A DNA stretch of 60,607 nt, counting the filler, from Candidatus Aminicenantales bacterium (GTDB lineage: Bacteria > Acidobacteriota > Aminicenantia > Aminicenantales > Saccharicenantaceae): assembly GCA_049512315.1 (NCBI GenBank). It is 8 parts of 8 records of this genome, joined end to end, with 100 filler letters (N's around TTAATTAATTAA, not from the genome) between each part and the next. Parts side by side here need not be neighbours in the genome. Positions count along the whole stretch, not along the records: positions 1 to 9,147 come from JBEKXF010000060.1; positions 9,248 to 18,235 come from JBEKXF010000061.1; 6 more parts are not named here. One strand, written 5' to 3'. A program made the position numbers and the translations under genes. The stretch's first letter is position 1. Every line of letters begins with the position of its first letter. Shown here in pieces: positions 1-9,900 of this stretch. The notes below the pieces were generated by a model. It saw only the letters and a list, made by a program, of their open reading frames with translations. It did not search any database and was not told where the DNA came from.

Positions 1-122
1 ACAATCGATTCCGCTGAGCTTCCCTGTTTCCCTGTCATTCATTCCTCCTCGTATGGTTTTGTTATTGGAAACCATAGCTTAGGAGAAATCAATCCCTGTC
101 CGAATCTCGCTGACGTCAAGCA
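1..122 (-). mobile_element. Left end of IS3-family element (type B) with start of orfA, running off the window edge
   Basis: Reverse complement begins TGCTTGACGTCAGCGAGATTCGGACAGG, near-identical to 17585 onward; ATG at 38 encodes MTGKQGSSAESI, matching orfA at 17669 (MTGKQGSSPESI). Confidence 0.9.
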
Positions 123-184
123 GACTGGACCAGTTTTCGGGTGAGGCTCACTTTTATCGCAAAATAAGGAACCGGGGCTCTTTC

Positions 185-799
185 CTAAAAGCGCAGTCCG
201 AGGCCAGCCCCGAGAATCCAACCGCCGAGTCGGAGTTCAAGTCCGTCCTCCGTTATCGAGGAAGCGTGGGTCCAGTCCAGTCCGACCTCCGCGAACACCG
301 TCCTGGAGAAGATATAGAAGCCCGAAACGCCCGCGCGGGGTCCTATGCCGGATCCCGATACTTCCAGGCCCATCGCCTTATCCTTGTAACCGATCCTCGA
401 GAACCCGACCTCCGCCCGTGCTCCCAGGCGGGGCGTGATCCTGAGGCGGAATCCCGCGCCAAAGGAAAGAATGTTCTGGAACGATTCAGCTTTCTCGTCG
501 ACGAGCGGAATCGTCCCCGTTCCGCAGAAGAAGCCCCAGGCTCCCCAGAGATACAAGTTCCGGGCGATGTCCGCTCCGACCTTGAGTTCAAAATACGGTC
601 TCCGTTCGCCGTAGAGTTTGCGGTATTCGGCATCCGCCGGAAAGAGCAGGGCGGTCCGCGCAAGAATGGTCCAGCGGCCGGCGGGAACTGTTGCTGTCGG
701 CGCATCTCCGGCGGCAGGTGAAGCGGAGAGGGACAAGCGTATCAAGATCCCCGCGAGGAGAATCACCTTCCCTATGTGTCGTATCATCTGGCACCTCAC
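185..799 (-). CDS. Small outer-membrane beta-barrel protein (OmpA/OmpW-like transmembrane fold)
   Basis: Signal-peptide-like N-terminus, alternating amphipathic beta strands, C-terminal GLGLRF beta-signal; starts just downstream of the giant surface protein stop. Start may be ATG at 787. Confidence 0.75.
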   Translation of the reverse strand: MRCQMIRHIGKVILLAGILIRLSLSASPAAGDAPTATVPAGRWTILARTALLFPADAEYRKLYGERRPYFELKVGADIARNLYLWGAWGFFCGTGTIPLVDEKAESFQNILSFGAGFRLRITPRLGARAEVGFSRIGYKDKAMGLEVSGSGIGPRAGVSGFYIFSRTVFAEVGLDWTHASSITEDGLELRLGGWILGAGLGLRF

Positions 800-814
800 T
801 TCTATTACGGTTCC

Positions 815-3800
815 TCAGATCGTCTTGTCGGCCGACCGGCCGACGACGTTTCCGGCGGCGTTCATGGCCTCGATTCTATAGGTGTAGACGGCCGACTTAT
901 CCAGCCATTTATCCTGGTAGGCGAATCCCGATACGGCCGGCCCGGACGCCTGGATCTCGGCCAGGACCTGGAAGTTTCCGTTCCCGGTCTTCCTCAGGAT
1001 GAAGAACCGCGACACCTGGATCTGACCCGGGTTCTCCACTGTCACCGACAGGCTCCCCATGTACCGGAGAATCGCCCAGCCGCGCACTTGGACCCTTGCG
1101 GCCTCGACGGCCAGGAGGATGTTTGTAACGCTGACGGTGGTTTCATCGGAGGCCGTCTGGCCGGAGGAATCTGTGGCCACAACCTTGACCCGGAAGGTTC
1201 CGTTGGGCGAGAGCGTCGTGTCCCAATTGAAGGTGTAGTCCTCTTCCACGCGCCCATTGGCGGCTGCAGCGACGGGGTTCAGTCCCGGCCCCCGAACGCC
1301 CGACGGCAAGGACGCGAGTTCGGGCGATGCGCCGGACTCGGTTGCTGCCGCGGGAGCTTTCGCGGTCCGGCAAAGAGACAGTCCCCGAGGCTCGGCATTC
1401 AGGACGACCGTTTCCCTCCATGATATGCCGGTTTCCATCCGCTCCACGAGTCCCACGACGTAGGCCCGCCGCGCCGGCGAATACGCCACGGCCTGGATCG
1501 TCCCGTCATCGAGAACAACGAAATCCCCGATCCTCGTGCCGCGGAGGTCCACGACCGATGCGACACCGGTCGCGAGATCGTAAACGACGAAACGGTTGCC
1601 GATTTCCGATCCGCCGGCCAGGCAAAGGATGCCATCTGTGATCTTGAGCTGGTCCACGCGGTCGAGATTGGGAACTCGGATTAGCCGCGCAACCGGATAG
1701 AGTTCGAGAATGAGGTCGGTCCCATCCGGACCCCGGACCGCGCCGGCCGCATCGTTTCCGGCCGAAGAGCCGAGAGCCGTCCATTCGAGACCCGGCTCCC
1801 AGGATTGCCCCGTTCCGTCCCCGGGTGCGAACCGCGGGACGTAGCGGTGATCGGCCTTACCGATGAGCGGATGCCGGGCCTCGTCTTCGCCGAGAAAACC
1901 CGAATCGCCGGGAAGCTCGTATACTCCGGCATAGACACTCTGCGTCTTGTCGGCCAGGCTGGCAAGGACCGTCCCGTCAGCCATTTCGATGAACCAGTCG
2001 GTTTTCACGGGCTGGAAGGTCAGCTCGTGGACCGCGCCGTTCGGGGAGATGCTCCGGAGCCATCGTTCGCCCGAACCGAAGGATTTGCCGGCCAGGAGTA
2101 CGGTTCCGTTACGCCGAACAAGCCATTCCTCAATATTGGCCGCATCACTGTAGATTTCCTGCCCCGGGCTACCGTTGCCAAGCTTGCAGAGCGAGAAGAG
2201 GGCGCCGTTCTGAACGATGCCATACAACTGGCCCTCTCCGTCGGCCTGGACGGCGGGACTGAACTTGTAACCGTGTTCGAGGGAGCCTGGCTCCATGTGG
2301 AGTCCGGTCCGAGCTCCATCACCGGGGTCAACCAGGACCAGGAGATACGCGTATCCGTCATCACAGAACTGGGGGGTCCGGAAGAGGACGACGAGGCCAT
2401 CGCCGGGCCCGGACTGGACGAATGCCACCTCGGGGTCATCATCCATCACTCTTGACGGAAGGCCCCGCCTGTCCAGCTTCCTCAGGCGGCTGCCGTCGAT
2501 GGACACCGCTATCGACTCGGCGGCGGAAGCCGTTGCGGCCGAAGAATCCGGACCGCTTCCGGGTTCCCCTGTCCTGAGCCTTTCGGCCGAGGAGCGGCCG
2601 AGGCGGATATCTTTGGAGGCCGGAGCCGACGGGCGAGTTGCTTTCGGCCCCTTGAACGCCGCCGTATCCCCCGCGCTTTCGCCGAGCTTCACATCATTGA
2701 TGAAGAACTCCACTTTGGCAATCCGGTCGTCGTCCGAGGCTTTTGCGTGTATTGTCGTCAGGCCGAAGACGGAGTCGCCGTGTGAGGGAGAGACGATCCT
2801 GATCTCGGGCGGATTATCCGCGTTGTTGGTTACCGCCCGGTCCGTGAAGCTCTCCAGCACCCCGCCGTCTGCGGCTACGACGGTGCCTTTCGTGTAGCTG
2901 ACCTTAACAACATCACCGTGCGCGATAGCCGCGCCGTCAACCGTCAGGTTGATCTTCTTGGCATCTTGCCCATCCAGCGCCGCCGCCGAGAACGCCCGTA
3001 CCGTTCCAGCAATCTTGAAGCTGAACTCACCGTGCTTGTCGGCGGGTGACGCCATCGCTTTGTCGAAGGTGATGGTGATGACCATACCTGCCACGTCGGT
3101 CGTTGCTGATACAAAGGTCGGAGCTACCGTCACGTTAAAGCCTGCCGAGGCTTCAACAGACCCACCGATAGGTATGTCAGCCAGCACCTGGTAAACTCCG
3201 GCTGCCACCGCTGGTACTGTCAGAGTGATTCCAGCGGGGATAGCACCGGCTGCCGTGGTCGTCACCAGTACCCGAGGCTCACCAGGGTCTATGGCACCAC
3301 TGCCATTGCTGTCAAAACCGACTGCACCGGCAGTATTCGGCGCAAAGCCGCCGCCGGTAATTGTTATTACGGCACCGGCTACGCCCGAGGTGGGACTTAA
3401 GGTTATGCCTCTGACGAGTACCGTGAAATTTGCCGAGGCTTCAACAGACCCACCCAGAGGTATGTCAGCCAGCACCTGGTAAGCTCCGGCTGCCACCGCT
3501 GGCACAGTCAAGATGATTCCGACGGGGATGGCACCGTCACCCGTGGTCGTCACTGACACCTGAGGCTCACCAGGGTCTATGGCACCATTACCATTGCTGT
3601 CAAAACCGACGGCACCGGTAGTATTCGGCGCAAAGCCGCTGCCGGTAATTGTTATTGCGGCACCGGCTACGCCCGAGGCGGGACTTAAGGCTACACTGGA
3701 CGAAGATACGGTGAAGCTCGCCGCAGCTTCAACAGACCCACCCAGAGGTATGTCAGCCCGTACCCCATAGGTGCCAGATGCCACGGCTGGCACAGTCAAG

Positions 3801-6800
3801 ATGATTCCAGCGGGGATAGCACCGGCAGCCGTGGTCGTCACCGCCACCTGAGGCTCTCCAGGGTCTATGGCACCATTACCATTGCTGTCAAAACCGACGG
3901 CACCGGTAGTATTCGGCGCAAAGCCGCTGCCGGTAATTGTTATTGCGGCACCGGCTACGCCCGAGGTGGGAGTTAAGGCTACACTGGACGAAGATACGGT
4001 GAAGCTCGCCGCAGCTTCAACAGACCCACCCAGAGGTATGTCAGCCCGTACCCCATAGGTGCCAGGTGCCACGGCTGGCACAGTCAAGATGATTCCAGCG
4101 GGGATAGCGCCGGCCGCCGTGGTCGTCACCAGTACCCGAGGCTCACCAGGGTTTATGACACCATCGCCATTACTGTCAAAACCGACGGCACCGGCAGTAT
4201 TCGGCGCAAAGCCGCTGCCGGTAATTGTTATTGCAGCACCGGGTACCCCCGAGTTGGGACTTAAGACTACGCTGGGCGAAGGTATGGTGAAGCTTGCCAC
4301 AGCTTCAAAAGACCCACCGACAGGTATGTCAGCCAGCACCTGGTAAGCTCCGGTTGCTACGGCTGGTACTGTCAGAGTGATTCCAGCAGCGATAGCACCG
4401 GCAACCGTGGTCGTCACCGCCACCTGAGGCTCACCAGGGTCTATGGCACCATTACCGTTGCTGTCAAAACCGACCACACCAGCAGTATTCAGGGCGAAAT
4501 TACTGCCGGCAACGGATATCACTGTACCTGCCACCCCCGTATTGGGGCTCAAGGAGAGACTCGGAGTCGATACAGTAAAGTTTGCCGAGGCTTCAACAGA
4601 CCCACCCAAAGGTATGTCAGCCCGTACCCCATAGGTGCCAGGTGTCACGGCTGGCACAGTCAAGATGATTCCAGCGGGGATAGCGCCGGCCGCCGTGGTC
4701 GTCACCGCCACCTGAGGCTCACCAGGGTTTATGACACCATCGCCATTGCTGTCAAAACCGGCCACACCGACAGTATTCGGCGCAAAGCCACTGCCGGTAA
4801 TTGTAATGACCTTGCCGGGTACGCCCGAGTTGGGAGTTAAGGTTACACTGGGCGAAGGTATGGTGAAGCTTGCCACAGCTTCAACAGACCCGCCCGAAGG
4901 TATGTCAGCCAGCACCCCATAGGTGCCAGGTGCCACCGCCGGCACAGTCAAGATGATTCCAGAGGGGATTGCACCGGCAGCCGTGGTCGTCACCGCCACC
5001 TGGGGCTCACCAGGGTCTATGGCGCCATTACCATTGCTGTCAAAACCGACCACACCAGCAGTATTTATCGCAAAGCCGCTGCCGGTAATTGTTATTGCGG
5101 TACCGGATACCCCCGAGTTGGGAGTTAAGGTTGCACTGGGCGAAGGTACGGTGAAGCTTACCACAGCATCAATAGACCCACCCGAAGGTATGTCAGTCAG
5201 CACCTGGTAAACTCCGGCTACCACCGTCGGCACAGTCAAGATGATTCCAGTGGGGATCGCACCGGCTGCCGTGGTCGTCACCGCCACCTGAGGCTCGCCA
5301 GGGTCTATGGCACCATTGCCATTGCTGTCAAAACCGACCACACCAGCAGTATTCGGCCTAAAGCCGCTGCCGGTAATTGTTATCGCGGTACCGGGTACGC
5401 CCGAGTTGGGAGTTAAGGTTACACTGGGCGAAGGTATGGTGAGGCTTGCCACGGCATCAACAAACCCACCCGAAGGTATGTCAGCCAGCACCTGGTAAGC
5501 TCCGGCTGCCACCGCCGGCACAGTCAGGAAGACCCCGCCGGGGATAGCACCGGCAGCCGTGGTCGTCACCGCCACCTGAGGCTCACCAGGGTCTATGGCA
5601 CCATTGCCATTGCTGTCAAAACCGACCACACCAGCAGTATTCAGGGCGAAATTACTTCCGGTGACGGAGATCACTGTGCCTGCCACCGCCGTATTGGGGC
5701 TCAAGGTGAGACTCGGAGTCGACACAGTAAAGTTTGTCGAGGCTTCAACAGACCCCCCCAAAGGTATGTCAGCCCGTACCGAGTAAATCGCTGGTGTCAC
5801 CCCTGGGACTGTCAGAGTGATGCCAGCGGGGATAGCACCGGCAACCGTGGTCGTCACCGCCACCTGAGGCTCACCGGGGTCGATGACACCATCGCGATTG
5901 GTATCAAACCAGACCTTACCGGCAGTATTCGGCGTAAAGCCGCTCCCGGTAATTGTTATTACGGTGCCGGGGACCCCCAAGACGGGGTTCAAGGTTACAC
6001 TGGGTGAAGATAAGGTGAAGCTTGCCGAAGCTTCAACAGGCCCACCCAGAGGTATGTCAGCCCGTACCGAGTAAATCGCTGGTGTCACTCCTGGGACTGT
6101 CAGAGTGATGCCAGCGGGGATTGCCCCGGCCGCCGTGGTCGTCACCGCCACCTGAGGTTCGCCAGGGTCTATGGCACCATTACCATTACTATCAAACCAG
6201 ACCACACCAGCAGTGTTCAAGGCGAAATTACTGCCGGTAATTGTTATGACAGCACCGGGTACGCCCGAGTTGGGAGTTAAGGTTACACTGGGCGAAGGTA
6301 CGGTGAAGCTTGCCGAAGCTTCAACAGGCCCACCCGAAGGTATGTCAGCCAGCACCTGGTAAGCTCCGGCTGCCACCGCCGGCACAGTCAGGAAGATCCC
6401 GCCGGGGATAGCACCGGCAGCCGTGGTCGTCACCGCCACCTGGGGCTCGCCAGGGTCTATGGCACCATTGCCATTGCTGTCAAAACCGACCACACCGGCA
6501 GTATTCAGGGCGAAATTACTGCCGGTAACGGAGATCACTGTGCCTGTCACCCCCGCATTGGGGCTCAAGGTGAGACTCGGAGTCGATACAGTAAAGTTTG
6601 TCGAGGCTTCAACAGACCCACCCGAAGGTATGTCAGCCCGGACCGAGTAAATAGCTGGTGTCACTCCTGGTACAGTCAAGGTGATTCCAGCAGGGATAGC
6701 ACCGGCAGCCGTGGTCGTCACCGCCACCTGAGGCTCGCCAGGGTCTATGGCACCATTACCATTACTGTCAAACCAGATCACACCAGCAGTGTTCAGGGCG

Positions 6801-8701
6801 AAATTACCGCCGGTAATTGTAATGACCCTGCCGGGTACGCCCGAGGTGGGACTTAAGGTTACACTGGGCGAAGGTATGGTGAAGCTTGCCGAAGCTTCAA
6901 CAGACCCACCCGAAGGTATGTCAGCCCGTACCGAGTAAACAGCTGGTGTCACTCCTGGGACTGTCAGAGTGATGCCAGCGGGGATCGCACCGGCCGCCGT
7001 GGTCGTCACCGCCACCTGAGGCTCACCAGGATCTATAGCACCATTGCCATTGCTGTCAAACCAGACCACACCAGCCGTATTCAGGGCGAAATTACTGCCG
7101 GTAACGGAGATCACTGTGCCCGCCACCCCCGTATTGGGGCTCAAGGAGAGACTCGGAGTCGATACAGTAAAGTTTGCCGAGGCTTCAACAGACCCACCCG
7201 AAGGTATGTCAGCCAGCACCTGGTAAACTCCGGCGGCTACCGTTGGGACTGTCAGAGTGATGCCAGCGGGGATAGCACCGGCCGCCGTGGTCGTCACCGC
7301 CACCTGAGGTTCGCCAGGGTCTATGGCGCCGTTGCCGTTGCTATCAAAACCGACCACGCCAACAGTATTTAGCGCAAAGCCGCTGCCGGTAATTGTAATG
7401 ACCTTGCCGGGTACGCCCGAGTTGGGACTTAAGGTTATACTGGGCGAAGATACGGTGAAGCTTGCCGCAGCTTCGACAGGCACGCCCAGGGGTATGTCAG
7501 CCCGTACCGCATAGGTACCGGCTGCCACCGCCGGCACAGTCAAGTTGATTCCAGCGGGGATCGCACCGGCAGCCGTGGTCGTCACCGCCACCTGAGGCTC
7601 CCCAGGGTCTATGGCGCCATTACCATTGCTGTCAAAACCGACCACACCGGCAGTATTCGGCGCAAAGCCGCTGCCGGTAATTGTTATTGCGGTACCGGGG
7701 ACGCCCGAGTTGGGAGTTAAGGTTACACTGGGCGAAGATACGGTGAAGCTTGCCGCAGCTTCAACAGACCCACCCGAAGGTATGTCAGCCCGCACCGCAT
7801 AGGTACCGGCTGCCACCGCCGGCACAGTCAAGATGATTCCAGTGGGGATCGCACCGGCTGCCGTGGTCGTCACCGCCACCTGAGGCTCGCCAGGGTCTAT
7901 GGCACCATTGCCATTGCTGTCAAAACCGACGACACCGGCAGTATTCGGCGCAAAGCTGCTGCCGGTAATTGTTATTGCGGTACCGGGGACGCCCGAGTTG
8001 GGAGTTAAGGTTACACTGGGCGAAGGTATGGTGAAGCTTGCCACAGCTTCAACAGACCCGCCCGAAGGTATGTCAGCCAGCACCTGGTAAGCTCCGGCTG
8101 CCACCGCCGGCACAGTCAGGAAGATCCCGCCGGGGATAGCGCCGGCCGCCGTGGTCGTCACCGCCACCTGAGGCTCACCAGGGTCTATGACACCATTGCC
8201 ATTGCTGTCAAAACCGACCACACCGGCAGTATTCAGGGCGAAATTACTGCCGGTAACGGAGATCACTGTGCCTGCCACCCCCGTATTGGGGCTCAAGGTG
8301 AGACTCGGAGTCGATACAGTAAAGTTTGTCGAGGCTTCAACAGACCCCCCCAAAGGTATGTCAGCCCGTACCGAGTAAATCGCTGGTGTCACTCCTGGGA
8401 CTGTCAGAGTGATTCCAGTGGGGATAGCACCGGTCGCCGTGGTCGTCACCGCCACCTGAGGTTCGCCAGGGTCCATGACACCATCACGATTGGTATCAAA
8501 CCAGACCCTGCCAGCAGTATTTATGGCAAAGCCGCTGCCGGTAATTGTTATGACGGTACCGGGTACCCCCGAGGTGGGGTTCAAGGTTAACGTCTGGCCT
8601 TGGGCAAATGATGGAGCGATTAAAACCAGGCTCATCATTAGCATCACGACTGCGAGAGCCGGAAAGAACGTGTGAATCTTTCTTTTCATGATGAACCTCA
8701 C
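815..8701 (-). CDS. Giant secreted/surface protein: 19 Ig-like repeats, SwmB-like domain, interrupted Big_7-like Ig domain, C-terminal Fn3-like domain
   Basis: 2628-aa ORF with signal peptide (…IAPSFA-QGQ), tandem 96-aa repeats each containing D-x-N-x-[ND]-G-x-x-[DN]-P-G-E, then APTFVSATTD…ITITFDKAM and a C-terminal YTYRIEA motif. Confidence 0.9.
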   Translation of the reverse strand: MRFIMKRKIHTFFPALAVVMLMMSLVLIAPSFAQGQTLTLNPTSGVPGTVITITGSGFAINTAGRVWFDTNRDGVMDPGEPQVAVTTTATGAIPTGITLTVPGVTPAIYSVRADIPLGGSVEASTNFTVSTPSLTLSPNTGVAGTVISVTGSNFALNTAGVVGFDSNGNGVIDPGEPQVAVTTTAAGAIPGGIFLTVPAVAAGAYQVLADIPSGGSVEAVASFTIPSPSVTLTPNSGVPGTAITITGSSFAPNTAGVVGFDSNGNGAIDPGEPQVAVTTTAAGAIPTGIILTVPAVAAGTYAVRADIPSGGSVEAAASFTVSSPSVTLTPNSGVPGTAITITGSGFAPNTAGVVGFDSNGNGAIDPGEPQVAVTTTAAGAIPAGINLTVPAVAAGTYAVRADIPLGVPVEAAASFTVSSPSITLSPNSGVPGKVITITGSGFALNTVGVVGFDSNGNGAIDPGEPQVAVTTTAAGAIPAGITLTVPTVAAGVYQVLADIPSGGSVEASANFTVSTPSLSLSPNTGVAGTVISVTGSNFALNTAGVVWFDSNGNGAIDPGEPQVAVTTTAAGAIPAGITLTVPGVTPAVYSVRADIPSGGSVEASASFTIPSPSVTLSPTSGVPGRVITITGGNFALNTAGVIWFDSNGNGAIDPGEPQVAVTTTAAGAIPAGITLTVPGVTPAIYSVRADIPSGGSVEASTNFTVSTPSLTLSPNAGVTGTVISVTGSNFALNTAGVVGFDSNGNGAIDPGEPQVAVTTTAAGAIPGGIFLTVPAVAAGAYQVLADIPSGGPVEASASFTVPSPSVTLTPNSGVPGAVITITGSNFALNTAGVVWFDSNGNGAIDPGEPQVAVTTTAAGAIPAGITLTVPGVTPAIYSVRADIPLGGPVEASASFTLSSPSVTLNPVLGVPGTVITITGSGFTPNTAGKVWFDTNRDGVIDPGEPQVAVTTTVAGAIPAGITLTVPGVTPAIYSVRADIPLGGSVEASTNFTVSTPSLTLSPNTAVAGTVISVTGSNFALNTAGVVGFDSNGNGAIDPGEPQVAVTTTAAGAIPGGVFLTVPAVAAGAYQVLADIPSGGFVDAVASLTIPSPSVTLTPNSGVPGTAITITGSGFRPNTAGVVGFDSNGNGAIDPGEPQVAVTTTAAGAIPTGIILTVPTVVAGVYQVLTDIPSGGSIDAVVSFTVPSPSATLTPNSGVSGTAITITGSGFAINTAGVVGFDSNGNGAIDPGEPQVAVTTTAAGAIPSGIILTVPAVAPGTYGVLADIPSGGSVEAVASFTIPSPSVTLTPNSGVPGKVITITGSGFAPNTVGVAGFDSNGDGVINPGEPQVAVTTTAAGAIPAGIILTVPAVTPGTYGVRADIPLGGSVEASANFTVSTPSLSLSPNTGVAGTVISVAGSNFALNTAGVVGFDSNGNGAIDPGEPQVAVTTTVAGAIAAGITLTVPAVATGAYQVLADIPVGGSFEAVASFTIPSPSVVLSPNSGVPGAAITITGSGFAPNTAGAVGFDSNGDGVINPGEPRVLVTTTAAGAIPAGIILTVPAVAPGTYGVRADIPLGGSVEAAASFTVSSSSVALTPTSGVAGAAITITGSGFAPNTTGAVGFDSNGNGAIDPGEPQVAVTTTAAGAIPAGIILTVPAVASGTYGVRADIPLGGSVEAAASFTVSSSSVALSPASGVAGAAITITGSGFAPNTTGAVGFDSNGNGAIDPGEPQVSVTTTGDGAIPVGIILTVPAVAAGAYQVLADIPLGGSVEASANFTVLVRGITLSPTSGVAGAVITITGGGFAPNTAGAVGFDSNGSGAIDPGEPRVLVTTTAAGAIPAGITLTVPAVAAGVYQVLADIPIGGSVEASAGFNVTVAPTFVSATTDVAGMVITITFDKAMASPADKHGEFSFKIAGTVRAFSAAALDGQDAKKINLTVDGAAIAHGDVVKVSYTKGTVVAADGGVLESFTDRAVTNNADNPPEIRIVSPSHGDSVFGLTTIHAKASDDDRIAKVEFFINDVKLGESAGDTAAFKGPKATRPSAPASKDIRLGRSSAERLRTGEPGSGPDSSAATASAAESIAVSIDGSRLRKLDRRGLPSRVMDDDPEVAFVQSGPGDGLVVLFRTPQFCDDGYAYLLVLVDPGDGARTGLHMEPGSLEHGYKFSPAVQADGEGQLYGIVQNGALFSLCKLGNGSPGQEIYSDAANIEEWLVRRNGTVLLAGKSFGSGERWLRSISPNGAVHELTFQPVKTDWFIEMADGTVLASLADKTQSVYAGVYELPGDSGFLGEDEARHPLIGKADHRYVPRFAPGDGTGQSWEPGLEWTALGSSAGNDAAGAVRGPDGTDLILELYPVARLIRVPNLDRVDQLKITDGILCLAGGSEIGNRFVVYDLATGVASVVDLRGTRIGDFVVLDDGTIQAVAYSPARRAYVVGLVERMETGISWRETVVLNAEPRGLSLCRTAKAPAAATESGASPELASLPSGVRGPGLNPVAAAANGRVEEDYTFNWDTTLSPNGTFRVKVVATDSSGQTASDETTVSVTNILLAVEAARVQVRGWAILRYMGSLSVTVENPGQIQVSRFFILRKTGNGNFQVLAEIQASGPAVSGFAYQDKWLDKSAVYTYRIEAMNAAGNVVGRSADKTI
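3125..8595 (-). repeat. 19 tandem 288-bp (96-aa) coding repeats
   Basis: The FD(S/T)N motif and the shadow ORFs on the opposite strand recur at exact 288-bp spacing from 3291 to 8475. Confidence 0.95.
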
Positions 8702-9147
8702 AAATTACTCTATTCAGATTAACTCCCCTGAACGTGACAAAATATAAAATTGGTCCTTTCCGCTGTAAATAACCTGTGCGGGCGATTCCCGAGGGTATAT
8801 TTGCGGCTCCGGCCTAGCCGGTGCGGGCTAAGCGGGAAGGGGAGGGCCGCTTCACCCTCAACGGCGAGACCCGTCAGGACGGCGCCTGTTCAGCCGTCTT
8901 CCTGTGGCTCAATTTGAGTTCGGTGAGGATTTCCGTCCGGAAAAGTCAGCCGGCGCATTTCCGGGAGGCGTGGGGGGAAAAATGAGTGGGGTGAGTCAAC
9001 AAACCAACTCATAGCTTTCCTGCGCCATATGATACGGCTTCAGCGTCCAGGCCGAACCGATCGACTAGGGCGATTACGATCCGCGCTGGACCGCGCTGGA
9101 AGTTCTTAGAATTGCCTGGAGAACTCAGCCGCTATACTTGCTCCCGA

Positions 9148-9247
9148 NNNNNNNNNNNNNNNNNNNNNNNNNNNNNNNNNNNNNNNNNNNNTTAATTAAT
9201 TAANNNNNNNNNNNNNNNNNNNNNNNNNNNNNNNNNNNNNNNNNNNN
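9148..9247. other. Artificial contig spacer (N-run, TTAATTAATTAA, N-run); same at 18236-18335, 27194-27293, 36125-36224, 44445-44544, 50420-50519, 56093-56192
   Basis: Identical 100-nt structure with a six-frame-stop linker; genes are broken at each one. Confidence 0.99.
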
Positions 9248-9889
9248 ATGGGCCTGATGAAGGCCGTCGAGAAGTTCGAGTACCGGCGGGGCTACAAGTT
9301 CTCGACCTACGCCACCTGGTGGATCCGCCAGGCCATCACCCGGGCCATCGCCGACCAGGCCCGGACGATTCGCATCCCGGTCCACATGATCGAGACGATC
9401 AACAAGCTCACCCGGGTGTCGCGGGCCCTCGTCCAGGAGGTCGGGAGGGAGCCGTCGAGTGAAGAGATCGGCAAGAAAATGGACTTGCCCGTCAGCAAGG
9501 TCCGCAAGATCATCAAGATCGCCCAGCAGCCGCTCTCGCTCGAGACCCCGATCGGCGAGGAAGAGGACAGCCACCTGGGCGACTTCATCGAGGACACGCT
9601 CATCCCCTCGCCGCCCGACACGGTCATCCATATCAACCTCAAGGAGCAGATCGAGGAGGCGTTGAAGTCGCTCACGGAGCGCGAGGGGCGGGTCCTCAAG
9701 ATGCGGTTCGGCCTGGGTGACGGGAACGAGCACACCTTGGAAGAGGTGGGCCAGCAGTTCAAGGTCACGCGGGAGCGCATCCGCCAGATCGAGGCCAAGG
9801 CCCTGCGCAAGCTCAAGCACCCGAGCCGCGGCCGAAAGCTCAAGTCCTTCACTGACCTGCCCCCGCTTGCTACATCACCTCTAAAGTGA
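9248..9889 (+). CDS. rpoD: RNA polymerase primary sigma-70 factor, 3' part (5' end lost at contig edge)
   Basis: [46 protein letters not shown] (regions 2.3-2.4) and [31 protein letters not shown] (region 4). Confidence 0.95.
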   Translation: MGLMKAVEKFEYRRGYKFSTYATWWIRQAITRAIADQARTIRIPVHMIETINKLTRVSRALVQEVGREPSSEEIGKKMDLPVSKVRKIIKIAQQPLSLETPIGEEEDSHLGDFIEDTLIPSPPDTVIHINLKEQIEEALKSLTEREGRVLKMRFGLGDGNEHTLEEVGQQFKVTRERIRQIEAKALRKLKHPSRGRKLKSFTDLPPLATSPLK

Positions 9890-9900
9890 GATTTTCAAGC
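9853..9900 (-). repeat. Solo IS3/IS407-type end (family A repeat)
   Basis: TGACCTGCCCCCGCTTGCTACATCACCTCTAAAGTGAGATTTTCAAGC; related copies at 15504-15538, 18410-18456, 46463-46540, 47395-47436, 48253-48329, 52351-52399, 54794-54839. Confidence 0.85.

Noticed and set aside
3125..8595. CRISPR array or diversity-generating retroelement
   Set aside because: Repeats are contiguous coding units without unique spacers; no cas or reverse transcriptase gene, and no template/variable pair with adenine-specific differences seen.
3225..8675. Series of about 63-aa plus-strand ORFs at 288-bp spacing
   Set aside because: Antisense shadows of the coding repeats of the giant protein; no RBS or independent signal.
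9192..9203. Recurrent TTAATTAATTAA inside N-runs as a biological repeat
   Set aside because: Artificial linker joining contigs; adjacency across these spacers has no biological meaning.
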